Positions 25,710 through 38,060 of a stretch of DNA of 64,000 nt are shown here, in pieces; positions within the stretch are counted from its first letter, which is position 1, and each line of letters opens with the position of its first letter. Location of the stretch: positions 1 to 64,000 of the forward strand of contig NW_015172563.1 of NCBI RefSeq assembly GCF_001447785.1, given 5' to 3'. The position numbers were made by a program, and so were the translations under genes. The stretch is from Gekko japonicus. Lineage: Eukaryota. The notes below the pieces were generated by a model. That model did no database searches. It saw only the letters and a program-made list of their open reading frames with translations, and was not told the DNA's origin.

Positions 25710-26393
25710 TGCGGAGAGGCACAAAAAACACCATGCAACCTTTTAAAATAAAAACCAGGCCACAGCTTTTATTGATTACAGACCAAGGAGCATTGGCGAA
25801 ACATGGGGGCAGATCTTGGAAAATCAAGTGACCCATCTGCTGCTTGATAACAACATCCCACAGCCCACCTCCTGGGGAAAACCCGGAAGTGACAAATATT
25901 ATTGGTATCACAATGGCGGCTACCACTGAGTGGTACCAATTTGACACCTGGGGGGGGTGCCTGGGCACAGCCCCTGAGCTGAGCATACTGCATAGTGGCT
26001 CAAACCCCCATACCCCTTAAGGGAGTCCCCAAAGGGGGAGGTGGACACGCAGACCTGCTCTCCCCCCCAAAAAAGGATCTGCCCAAATGTGCAAGACTGC
26101 CAGCTATGACAGCAAAAGAATACATATGTGGGGAACCCTGAAAAGGGGGGGAGGGGATCCAAAGAAAATTGCACTGCTGCCCCTACCAGCCAGTGCAGTT
26201 TAAATAGCTCCAGGTAGGCTCTGCATCACTGCTGCATACAGCCTGCCAAAAATTTTATTAACCAACCAGGCCAGCTCTCCGGATGACATGGGGGCAGCCA
26301 GTGCGGTCCCCCGAGGCTCCCGCCTTTGCCAACTGTTAGGCAAAGGACGGAGAGGCCTCCTTCAGACCCCTCCCGAGCCTGCGCTGTAATACA
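25710..26393 (-). mobile_element. Possible solo LTR
   Basis: TG...CA ends, imperfect 4-bp flanks GTCT/GTCC, minus-strand AATAAA. Confidence 0.4.
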
Positions 26394-26682
26394 GTCCTAT
26401 TCAGGTGAGTCTCAGCCACATTTCTTGTTCCTTCAGATATAATGATCTTTGCCCAATCCTCAGCAACCTAAAACTGTGTCATCAACTGTTCTAAAAGAGC
26501 CAATATGTTCTAAACTCAGGGGTTAAGCTACCCCAAGGGCTCTGAGACCTTGAAACCCATGCACATTCCTAGGGTTGTCTAAGTGCTGGGCCTCTAAGGT
26601 GATTTTGATTCAAATCCAGTAGCACCTTTTGCCAGTTCACAAACCACACTTTCTCCAGAAGGAGATCTAGTTCAGTTAGGGG

Positions 26683-27047
26683 TAGGATTGCCAGGTCCCC
26701 CTGGGGGACGGGGAAACCCCTGCTCAAGAGGCCCGTTCCCCGCCGGCCCGGATTGGGCCACCAGGGAGAACCCCACCCCCAAAGTGTGTGAACCCCACCC
26801 CCAAAGACACCACCCGGAGGTGACGTCATCACGTTGGGCACATTAATGGGGGATGCTCTATCATTCAAGGGGAAACTCTATGGTTTCCCCTCGAATTATT
26901 GTGGCCCCGCCCCCAACGTGCCTGACGCGATGATGTCACTTCTGGGTGGCGTCATCACGGCGCGTACATGAAGCGCACGTGAAAGAAGACTCCCGGCCAG
27001 GAACAGGACTCCTCCCGCTTTCAGGTAATTTTCACTTGGCAACCCTA
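26683..27047. mobile_element. hAT MITE related to 6267-6576
   Basis: TIRs TAGGATTGCCA/TGGCAACCCTA; TSD GTTAGGGG; shared GGGGAAACTCTATG and TGACGTCA internal motifs. Confidence 0.9.
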
Positions 27048-27501
27048 GTTAGGGGGCTTTAGCATTGTTGTAGATACCATGTCCACTCTGCACTTGTTTT
27101 GTGTAAGCAATTTGTATGTAATCTTAATATAACTGGAGCCTTCCCAAAACCTTTTTAATTTTTTTGCAGCCTCTCTGGAACCTTCCCTATGGGCTTTATT
27201 CAGATAATTTCCAGTGGCTCGTGGTTAGACAGAACTTTCATGAGCTTGCAGAAGACACTGATGGAACTTGGACATAGTGAGTACAGTAGCTAGCCAATAG
27301 TTCCTTTTCTATTGGAGTGTAGCTGTTTTCTGCTGGTTTTTAGGTAATTCTAAGAGCCTTCTGCAAAAGATGTGAGAATTTAACAAGTGGCAACCTGCAG
27401 AAACTCGTGGGAGTGGCTATCCCATTTCCCTGTTTTTTGCTTCCTCCTTTCTCCCCATAATTCTCTCTTTCTCTCATTCTTTCTCCCTCCTGCCACCCCT
27501 T

Positions 27502-27745
27502 AGAGTGCACAGACTCTAATCTGGGAGAACCGGGTTTGATTCCTCACTCCACTGCATGCAGCTGCTGGATGACCTTGGGCAAGCCATAGTTCTCTCAGAG
27601 TTATTCTTGAAGGAGCAGTTCTCGAAAGAGCTCTCTTCAGTCCCACCTACCTCACAGGGTGTCTGTTGTGGGGAGGGGAAGGGAAAGGAGTTTGTAAGAC
27701 TCCGAGTGAAGGGTGGGATATCAATCCAATCTTGTCTTCTTCTCT
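27502..27745 (+). mobile_element. Squam3-like SINE
   Basis: GACTCTAATCTGGGAGAACCGGGTTTGATTCC...GGGGAGGGGAAGGGAAAGGAGTTTGTAAG; TTC-like tail. Confidence 0.8.
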
Positions 27746-28659
27746 CTCCCCCATGCCTGTCTCTTTCTCTCTCTTTCTTCCTCATCCAACCCATCACTCT
27801 TTCTTTCCACCTCTACCCATTACTCAATCTTTTTCTCTTTCTGCCTCCCCCCAGTCCCCCCAAAGTGTCAGTGGCTTTCCCGGCCACTGAGCCTGCTTGC
27901 AGGATGGGCGGGGTATAAATATAATAAATAAATAAATACTTCCCCCTCTCAAAGCAACAGTGGTTCTCTTGCCCACTGTCACCCCGCCCATCTGCGCAAC
28001 AGCACTCCCCCCTCCCTGCCCACCCCCCCCAGTGGTTCTCTTGCCCACTGCCCCCCCAGCAACAGCAATAGCTGCACAGCCTGCTCAGCAGTTTCCCTCT
28101 CTCCATGGCAACAGGGCCAGGCACTCTCCCACCTGCCTCCCTCCAGACAATGCTAGTAATTTTTTTGGGGGGAGGGGGAGGTTAAACTCCCCATTGTGGT
28201 TTTTAAATGTTTTCAGATTTTTTTGCAATCCTGGGGGATCCCCAAGTTTGCAGAACTATCTGTTTTTAGTCAATGTGGGCCCGATCCACAGATTTAGCTA
28301 TCCACAGATGAGCCTACAGGTAGCTATTAGCTATATAGATAGATAGGATGCAAGAATGAGATTCGGTGATGTTTTGGCTGAATGTTTAAAGCTTTATGAA
28401 ACTGGATATAGTAACAGCTTGACTAAATTTAATCTGCCCTCCCCCTTTCCTTTTCTCTTTCATTGTTCCCTGTTTCTTTATCTCCTCTCTTTCTAAATGT
28501 GCTGCTGTTCCTCCCTTTCTACTCCCTTGTGAAGGCTAGGAGCTTATGGAAGGGAGGATCTGATTGACAGCAAGTGCTTTTACATTGTATAAAAATTGGC
28601 AATAAACTTTAAATTTAAAAATGCTGTCAACAAGGAGACATATCTGATTCTGATTGAAC

Positions 28660-30830
28660 TTCACACTTATCTACCAAGCTCTAAGTCTTGTTTCAAGATG
28701 ATATCATGTGCCCTTTTTGTATACACGGTGATATTAATCAAAACATGATTTTTCTTTGGCAACACATTACTTAGACTTGATGCCAAATGGAAGTCTGTTA
28801 AAGTGACACCCGGAACTGAATGTACAGAAGTTACACATACCACATACTCTTCACTCCATTTCACCAGATAGGTACTGTCCTTCTTTTCCAGGATTGTGAA
28901 CAGTTTCTTTCTAGCTAGGTCCTTCTCGGTGGCGGCTCCTACCTGGTGGAATGAGCTCCCGCAGGAGATCAGGGCCCTGCGGGACCTCTTGCAGTTCCGC
29001 AGGGCCTGCAAGACGGAGCTCTTCCGCCAGGCTTTTGAGTAGGAGTCGCTGCTGCCACCACCACCACCGAGTAACTGCAGAGCAGGACCGCCGGGTTGGG
29101 GCAACTGGCCACCTGGAACATCTTGGCCCATGGCACCCCCCCTCTTTGATCCCACCGTGATATACAATAGGGAGTGAGTATTTTAGTTGCTAATGTATCC
29201 TGCAAGATGCAAGTTTTTGTTTTAATTGTTTTAACTTGTCCTATTTTTATTGCACTTGGTGCCTTAATTGTTTTAATCTTGTTGTATTTTATTGCACAGC
29301 TGTGCCTATGTAAGCCACCTTGAACCCGCTTGCGGGGAGGGTGGGGCATAAGTGAAATAAAATAAATAAATAAATAGGTTTTTTGGTAAATCATGTGTGA
29401 ATGAAAATGTCCTGCCCCTTTGTTCTTTGCCTGTCTTCTCTTGGGTCAAGGCAAAACCTGAGAGAGCTCTCTTTATCCTCTGTGATTAATATGCTCTTGA
29501 CTTGGACAGCAAAGTCAATTTCTTCAATAACGGCTTTTATAGCCTGCAGCTTCCCGAGGGTAGTTTCAGCATTCCTAGTATTGATTCATGGATCACTGGG
29601 GATATAGTTGGTTCCAAACAGAGGTGACATGTACTAGTAAAATCTCAGATAGTTTTCCTTGAGGCTGTATGCATTACAATTGTGTGGACTTGCCTGAGAA
29701 GATCAATGTGATGCATAATGCCACACCTAGCAGGGGTGGAACAACTTCATTAAGCATGGTTTAATTCTGACAATCAATATATTGCTTAGACAATACTTTG
29801 TATTCTTCCCTGTAGGGCTGCTGTGATTTTTTAAGTATCACATTCACATCAGATCTGTTTCATTTTACAACTTCATGGAAACCTACAATGTTAGCACACC
29901 ATGCATCCTCAGTACTTTGTTTCTTTGAATATGGTATAGCTTTGGATATAGTGTGCTTTTACCGAAGAATATATTCATGCCCATCTCCAGTTATGGTTTA
30001 TGTGTTTACCTGTTGGTATTATTGGCATTGTTTTCTTGCAGCTTTGTGTTGGCATCTGACAACCGCCTTGTGTCTTCAGAGAAAGGTGGGGTATAACTGT
30101 TTTAATGAATAAATTAATGGTGCCAGAGCACTTGCAGCCTATAGCATCAGATGCTGGGCATGATTTGAACTTGTGGACACTTCCACAGCCTTTGTAAGGG
30201 AGATTTTGTGCTGTCCTGCTGTCCTTCCACAGAGCTGATTTAGATGGAGTCTTCCTTGGTCTTAGTGTGGGCTCTGTGCATCTGTTGCTAATGGTAGGTA
30301 TAGTTCTTTCACACTGATCAGTAGCCAATTGTGCCTGCTGTCTGAGGCTCTGGATGATGTGTAAGTCCTGAAGGATCAACAGCTTGGGCAAGTGTTAGAT
30401 GGAGGTTTTCAAGGAGCCTCTCCTTTAACTTGCCATCTGACACACGAAACACAATTTTGTGCCTTAGCAGGAGGTCTTCTGCAGCTCCAAATTGATTCCC
30501 TTGCTTTTTTTGTTAGCTCTGTTAGACAGTTATCTGTTCCTGCTACCTCATAAAACTTGTGCTGCCAAAATTGGTATCTTTCAAAAACTGAGTTCTTTCC
30601 CGGTTCTCTGAATGTTTTGAGGGCTTCTGCCGAGGTTTTATTTGCACAATGTTTCATATACTGTAAATTTGCAATGCCTTTCTCTAAAACAATAGAGCCA
30701 CTTTAATTTCTTCAGGCTGAGGACTGACCTTCATGACTGTTAGGTAGATGTGAAGTTTCTGCTCCCATTTTCTCCAGTTTGCATTCAGATTAACTGTTAA
30801 GCATAACTCTATTGGCAGCTTACAATGAAG
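28660..30830 (-). mobile_element. Highly degenerate Gypsy gag-pol with nested insertions
   Basis: Minus-strand relics NWRKWEQKLHIYL, KNSVFERYQF, a Cys knuckle, LRFCLDPR and RLPFGIKS. Confidence 0.75.
28905..29376 (+). mobile_element. L2 3' end nested in the Gypsy RT
   Basis: RSFSVAAPTWWNELPQEIR...FRRACKTELFRQAF*, 3'UTR and (TAAA)n tail. Confidence 0.9.
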
Positions 30831-31197
30831 TCCTCAGCAGAGTTACAGGCTTAGAAAGGTATAAATCTATTTAGAATTACATTGTTAAACTGCTCCACTT
30901 TGTTACTATAATCAATAGGGCTTAATTTTGGGCTTCTATTGAATGAGTGTAATAATAGTACAACTACTGACAATATATGATATTTTCATTTATATGTGAA
31001 TCCAGGGGCACACATACTTGTATTTTTCAGGTGCACGGATATCAAAGAAATGAACAAGAATCTTTGAAGAAAAGTATCCTTTGTTCCAGCTACAGCATCA
31101 TCAAGATTATAATATGATGTTGCTATCAAACCTCCATATCTTTTCTGTCCCACCCCCATTTTAAGACCAGCTTCTCTAATAAACAAACATAGGGTCC

Positions 31198-32490
31198 TTA
31201 AGGGACAAAGAAGTACTCCAAAACCAGGAATGAAGGGCTAGATGAAGGGACAGAACCTTTGCTCCTCACCCAGTTGGAAAAACAGTCCCATCTCCAGTCA
31301 CAAGAGTTACTGGCTGACATCTTCCAAGAATGGAGGAGTACCTCCGACACCCCTGCAGAAAATGTTAAAGCAGGGGATTCAGAAGCCATGCCATCAGGTG
31401 GAGCTTGGGCACATCCTGATGCTGGAGGGGGCCATGAGTAAGGATGTCCTGCACAGTCTCCAACAGAATGTAGCACCCCTTGGACAGGAGGACAGTTCTG
31501 CAAACCAGACCTGCCAGGCCAAAAGGGGGTTACCTGGATACAGTAGGTGCCCTGAGCCCAAACCCTGCCCAGCACTCTCCCTATGAGGGGAAGGGGAGGG
31601 CAGGCATAAAAAAGACCCTCCAGGGACTGTGAATCGTGGTCGGTCTGGGAGCAGAAAAGTGCCGCTTTCACATTCTGTGAGGTGGCAAACAAAGGAACAG
31701 TAGGGAAGCCCCGTTGTTTGACTATCTGATGGATATACTTCCTTGACAGTGGCCACTTGTGTTGCAGGAGGGTGAATCTGCTCAGGGCATCTGCTGTAGC
31801 ATTGGGGACCCCCAGCAATATGAATTGCATGGAGGGAGACGTTGTTCTGGTTAGCCCAATTCCAGATCTTTGCAGCTTCTCCGCAGAGAGACAACGACCC
31901 CATGCCCCCTTGCTTGTTGACATAGAACATGGCTGTAGTGTTGTCTTTCTGCACCTGAACATGTTCGTTGTGGAACAAGTCTGCAAAAGAGGCAAGAGCA
32001 TAATGAATGGCCCAAAGCTCAAGGAATTCAGGCCCATAGCTAGGAAGTTTTTGCTCAGGGAACATTTTTTTTTTCTCGTGGGACAGCCTTTATGTGTATG
32101 TACAGAACTGTAAGACAAGTGTCCAGCAGAATAACATGGCTCCTCATCTGGATCTATCTGCAACCTGAAGACAGGCACCCAGCCTAGGGAAAAAGGCTTC
32201 CCTGCTGGATCCTGCCACATTCCCACAAAGGCCCGGGAAGCTCCCCTTCAACCTGCTGGCATTGCCCCATGGCGCTTTTGCTTTCAAGAGCACTGGCTTG
32301 GGGCCCAGCTGGAGCCTGCGAGAGCCTTCCCTTTGTAACAGGCCAGGGGAGTAAGGTAAGCCCCTCAGCCAGAGGACAAGCAAGGCAGTGGCTAGGGGAT
32401 TGATGTGCCAGCAGGAGGGGAGGAAGGGTATGTCACTGCTGGTGCCACTTCGGGAAGGTTGACATTGTTGGAAATATGTGTGTTGCAAGG
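31198..32490 (-). mobile_element. DIRS1-type YR retrotransposon relic (RNase H, methyltransferase-like domain, YR N-terminus)
   Basis: LELWAI...KDNTTAMFYVNKQGG, NATADALSR, LFATSQNVK, YACPPLPLI, VTPFWP. Confidence 0.88.
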
Positions 32491-33468
32491 TCTAAAATCA
32501 GTCATTATAGGGGTAATCTGCTTGTGTGCTGTTGTTTAGCCTGACCTGGAAGGGAACCTGGCAGAAAGTCAATGGAAAGAAAGACCGGGAAACTGAAGCC
32601 TATTTACTAACAATAGTTGGTTAATGCATTCAGGTGATTTCCTTCTAGGGGTCAAGAAGAAAGGAAGAATTTCCATTACTATCTGTGTGTCTGTTGTTGC
32701 AAGCATGTAGTCTTAAGTGGTTGTTGTTTTGTAGAGTTCTCTGTGTACCCTTCCCTTTAGAAATAAAGATCTTTACTTAGAAATAAAATGCCTCCAGTGC
32801 ACAAAGATCCTTTGCAACCTCTGAATATCTAACTATTTTTACCCATTTTCCCAACAGACACGACCCGTACATCAACCCTCCTGCCCTCTTGCTCTGTAGG
32901 TACCCTCATCACCTCTCCTCTGCGTCTACCTTGAAGATCCACCAACGAGCATTTGGATAAAGGAGGAGGAGGCCACTGGGGCAGAGGACTGTGGAGGACA
33001 GCAGCTGCCTTGGTGTCCTGGCTTGGCTTGGGATTTGCTGGCACTCGGGTAGGAGACAGTGGCCAACAGGAGGCCCTTTTTTCCTTCTTACCACTGCCAG
33101 TGGCAGTCAGTGCAGTGGGTTGGTTGGTCAGGAGGGTGGCAGCACCAGGATGTTGCCAGCTGCTTTCCTGGTAAGGCTCCTGCATGCCTTCTGCTGGCCT
33201 GATGCTATCTCTGCGGGGGGGATGGCAACAGTGGAGTTTCTGCCTGGGAAAAGGCTCAGGATAAAGCTCTGCCAGGACAACCAGGAAGGGTTCAGGGCAG
33301 GGCAGATTTGAGAGGGGGCATCACACCCAGGGGCCCACGGTAGTTACGGGCCTTAAGGAAGTTGATGTTCATAGAAGACTCAAGGGAAGACCACACCGCC
33401 TGTACTGGAGTTCACTGCAGTGCATGCCTCAACCCAGGAGACAGGCGTCTGTGGTGATTGTGTAGGCA

Positions 33469-34230
33469 TTGAGTTGTACGCATGGATTAGGTGGCTGTAT
33501 TAAAAAGACATGCACCTTTTGCTGTAAGAGTAACTTGCCAGCACATGCGTTTGGGATGCACATGTTCCAGATTGAGGCTATGTCACCAGCAGACAGATTG
33601 GGTCTATCTGGCCACTACATACAGTGGACCAACTATTGGTGGTCCAGTGCCTTTAGGAGCTACATTAGATAATGCAGTGTGCTTTGTTTCTTACAGGTGC
33701 AGGCATATCACACAGCCTGGTTAAGGTTCTCATCCTGGGCCAGTCCATTATTTTCTTGGTGAAGAGAAAGGCGGATGTCAGCAGCAGAGGGACTCAGTTG
33801 GGCCTTCCCTCTCATGTGAATTTTCAATGGTGCAGCAAGAGGGAGGATGTTGTAGGGTCAGCTCTCTCCACCAGCTATTGAGAGAAGGCAGTCATCCCAA
33901 AACTCTAGTGTTACTTAGGTGAGAATAATTTAGTGCAGTTCAAGGGTGCTGTGCTGGAGTGATTAGGGGCCTCAGAAGAATTCAGGCAGACTATCCTAGA
34001 GTGTTGCTGGTTTGGTTGGAGGTCCTCCACTGTTAGGTCTGGAGGGGATGCCTGTAAACTTCTGATCACTGAGAAGGCTCAGTATAATGCCGATCTGGCC
34101 ATTAGAAAGACAGTGTGGGATGGGAGGGGGCTTTTATACCCTGGCCTTCAATCCGCCATGTTATGCCTTGGCCTATGTGTTCTTTAGTTGGCCCTCTGGA
34201 GTAACCAATTGGCCACTGTGTGAATGGACC
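33469..34230 (+). mobile_element. Ngaro-type YR retrotransposon 3' relic (YR C-terminus plus SGNH hydrolase-like ORF)
   Basis: FGMHMFQIEA...WWSSAFRSYIR resembles HSFRIGAA...GRW.S..F..YIR; then ILGQSII, TQLGL and LGENNL. Confidence 0.7.
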
Positions 34231-35990
34231 ACTGTTTTAATCAAGCAGGTCTCTTCTTATATTCTTATGAGAGAACCTAAGACTAGCCTAATACTAGATT
34301 AATTAGTGGATTAATACTGGATTAGTATTAATCAAGACCCCTTAAACGATTATTCAAGGTATGCTTAGATATCAAGAATTCTGTTATATTAACATTCCTA
34401 TCAACAAATGCATGGGCACATTAGCATTTTCTACTAAGACGTTCTTAGTTCAGCTTCATTCATCATGCCTCCTTTCCATCCAGACACCATCCCTCTCTTT
34501 TTATATTTGGAAAAGTTCTCAAGAACTTCCTCCTTTCCTACCTGTGGCCAAACGAGGTGCATTTATTTTAAGCTTAAAACTCTGACCCCATAGGGTTGCC
34601 AGCCCCCTGCTGGTGGTTCTGAAAAAATAAAATAAAAAAGTGGTAATTGGCTGAGGATGTGGTCACTACCAGGAAAACCCAGAAGTGACATCACACCTCT
34701 CTAGGAATTGGCTGGAATTTACCACAAAGCTGGCCAGTTTTTGTAGTAGTGGGCCTTCAGAGTCCGGCCAAGCCATTACTGCTGGTCCCCAAAGCCTCAG
34801 TTTTGTGCAGAACTCTTACACACTGGATAAAATGGTACTGATTTTCAAAAAGGAACAATTCTAGGAATGTTTCCTTAATATGGATGTAGTATATCAGGAT
34901 TCAGAACGTAATCTAGGCCAAGCCTTAAATAATAGTCTTAGGGTTGAACACTTCAGTGAATAGGATTCACTGACTCTGATAAAAGATCCCTGAGGAGGAT
35001 TCTTTTGTATTTTAATATAATAAAGGAACAATAGCTAGACTTCTTGAATAGCCTATGGAATAGAGCATGGCATCTATTTAAAAGTGCAGAGTTTCTCTAT
35101 ACAATCATTTAGGTTACTGAGTGAAAGTGATGGTGCTAAGAGATTGAAATAGCTGGTGGAATTTATGAGAGTGAAATGTAATGACCGAAAGAAGAATTTA
35201 AACAGTAATCTGAGATCAATACCATGAGGATGCAGGAGGGCAGGGGAAAGAGAGAGATGAAATGTGCAGAAAATGTCACTAATCTCTTCAATTTGCAGGT
35301 GGATTTTTCCTNNNNNNNNNNNNNNNNNNNNNNNNNNNNNNNNNNNNNNNNNNNNNNNNNNNNNNNNNNNNNNNNNNNNNNNNNNNNNNNNNNNNNNNNN
35401 NNNNNNNNNNNNNNNNNNNNNNNNNNNNNNNNNNNNNNNNNNNNNNNNNNNNNNNNNNNNNNNNNNNNNNNNNNNNNNNNNNNNNNNNNNNNNNNNNNNN
35501 NNNNNNNNNNNNNNNNNNNNNNNNNNNNNNNNNNNNNNNNNNNNNNNNNNNNNNNNNNNNNNNNNNNNNNNNNNNNNNNNNNNNNNNNNNNNNNNNNNNN
35601 NNNNNNNNNNNNNNNNNNNNNNNNNNNNNNNNNNNNNNNNNNNNNNNNNNNNNNNNNNNNNNNNNNNNNNNNNNNNNNNNNNNNNNNNNNNNNNNNNNNN
35701 NNNNNNNNNNNNNNNNNNNNNNNNNNNNNNNNNNNNNNNNNNNNNNNNNNNNNNNNNNNNNNNNNNNNNNNNNNNNNNNNNNNNNNNNNNNNNNNNNNNN
35801 NNNNNNNNNNNNNNNNNNNNNNNNNNNNNNNNNNNNNNNNNNNNNNNNNNNNNNNNNNNNNNNNNNNNNNNNNNNNNNNNNNNNNNNNNNNNNNNNNNNN
35901 NNNNNNNNNNNNNNNNNNNNNNNNNNNNNNNNNNNNNNNNNNNNNNNNNNNNNNNNNNNNNNNNNNNNNNNNNNNNNNNNNNNNNNNNNN

Positions 35991-38060
35991 AAACTGAAGC
36001 CTATTTACTAACAATCATTGGTTAATGCATTCAGGTGATTTCCTTCTAGGGGTCAAGAAGAAAGGAAGAATTTCCATTACTATCTGTGTGTCTGTTGTTG
36101 CAAGCATGTAGTCTTAAGTGGTTGTTGTTTTGTAGATTTCCCTGTGTACCCTTCCCTTTAGAACTAAAGATTTTTACATAGAAAGAAAATGCCTCCTCTC
36201 CAGTGAAGGAAAGATCCATTGCAATCTCTGAGTATTTAGCTATTTTTACCGATTTCCCAACAAGCATGACTTCTGATTGGCCATTGGAGAGCTGATTGGC
36301 TGAGCAGATTAAAATTATGATGATCTGGTAGCAATAGACACTGCAGTGCTGGCTTTAGAGGCCACTGGGGCAGAGGGCTGTGAAGGACAGCAGCTGCCTT
36401 GGTGTCCTGGCTTGGCTTAGGATTTGCTGGCACTCCGGTAGGAGACAGTGGCCAACAGGAGGCCCTTTCTTCCTTCTTACCACTGCCAGTGGCAGTCAGT
36501 GCAGTGGGTTGGTTGGGCAGGAGGGTGGCAGCACCAGGATGTTGCCAGCTGCTTTCCTGGTAAGGCTCCTGCATGCCTTCTGCTGGCCTGATGCTATCTC
36601 TGCGGGGGGGGGGGGGGGGGGGGGGGATGGCAACAGTGGAGTTTCTGCCTGGGAAAAGGCTCAGGATAAAGCTCTGCCAGGACAACCAGGAAGGGTTCAG
36701 GGCAGGGCAGATTTGAGAGGGGGCATCACACCCAGGGGCCCACGGTAGCTACGGGCCTTAAGGGATGTTCATAGAAGACTCAAGGGAAGACTACACCGCC
36801 TGTAGTGGAGTTCACTGCAGTGCACGCCTCAACCCAGAAGACAGGTGTCTGTGGTGATTGTGTAGGCATTGAGTTGTACGCATGGATTAGGTGGCTGTAT
36901 TAAAAAGACATGCACCTTTTGCTGTAAGAGTAACTTGCCAGCACATGCGTTTGGGATGCACATGTTCCAGATTGAGGCTATGTCACCAGCAGACAGATTG
37001 GGCCTATCTGGCCACTACATACAGTGGACCAACTATTGGTGGTCCAGTGCCTTTAGGGGCTACATTAGATAATGCAGTGTGCTTTGTTTCTTACAGGTGC
37101 AGGCATATCACACAGCCTGGTTAAGGTTCTCATCCTGGGCCAGTCCATTATTTTCTTGGTGAAGAGAAAGGCGGATGTCAGCAGCAGAGGGACTCAGTTG
37201 GGCCTTCCCTCTCATGTGAATTTTCAATGGTGCAGCAAGAGGGAGGATGTTGTAGGGTCAGCTCTCTCCACCAGCTATTGAGAGAAGGCAGTCATCCCAA
37301 AACTCTAGTGTTACTTAGGTGAGAATAATTTAGTGCAGTTCAAGGGTGCTGTGCTGGAGTGATTAGGGGCCTCAGAAGAATTCAGGCAGACTATCCTAGA
37401 GTGTTGCTGGTTTGGTTGGAGGTCCTCCACTGTTAGGTCTGGAGGGGATGCCTGTAAACTTCTGATCACTGAGAAGGCTCAGTATAATGCCAATCTGGCC
37501 ATTAGAAAGACAGTGTGGGATGGGAGGGGGCTTTTATACCCTGGCCTTCAATCCGCCATGATATGCCTTGGCCTATGTGTTCTTTAGTTGGCCCTCTGGA
37601 GTACCAATTGGCCACTGTGTGAATGGACCACTTATATTCTTATGAGAGAACCTAAGACTAGCCTAATACTAGATTAATTAGTGGATTAATACTGGATTAG
37701 TATTAATCAAGACCTCTTAAACGATTATTCAAGGTATGCTTAGATATCAAGAATTCTGTTATATTAACATTCCTATCAACAAATGCATGGATATATTAGC
37801 CTTTTCTACTAAGACGTTCTTAGTTCAGCTTCATTCATCATGCCTCCTTTCCATCCAGACACCATCCCTCTCTTTTTATATTTGGAAAAGTTCTCAAGAA
37901 CTTCCTCCTTTCCTACCTGTGGCCAAACGAGGTGCATTTATTTTAAGCTTAAAACTCTGACCCCATAGGGTTGCCAGCCCCCTGCTGGTGGTTCTGAAAA
38001 AATAAAATAAAAAAGTGGTAATTGGCTGAGGATGTGGTCACTACCAGGAAAACCCAGAAG
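35991..38060. repeat. ~2.1 kb near-identical duplicate of 32590-34685, starting at an N gap
   Basis: Identical or near-identical ORF pairs 33469/36869, 33672/37072 and 34361/37736. Confidence 0.9.

Noticed and set aside
28667-28905. Possible host exon (KKLFTILEKKDST...)
   Set aside because: Explained as decayed Gypsy RT (RLPFGIKS in the adjacent frame).
35163-36025. Long ORFs of 253-283 aa
   Set aside because: They consist almost entirely of N-gap translation.
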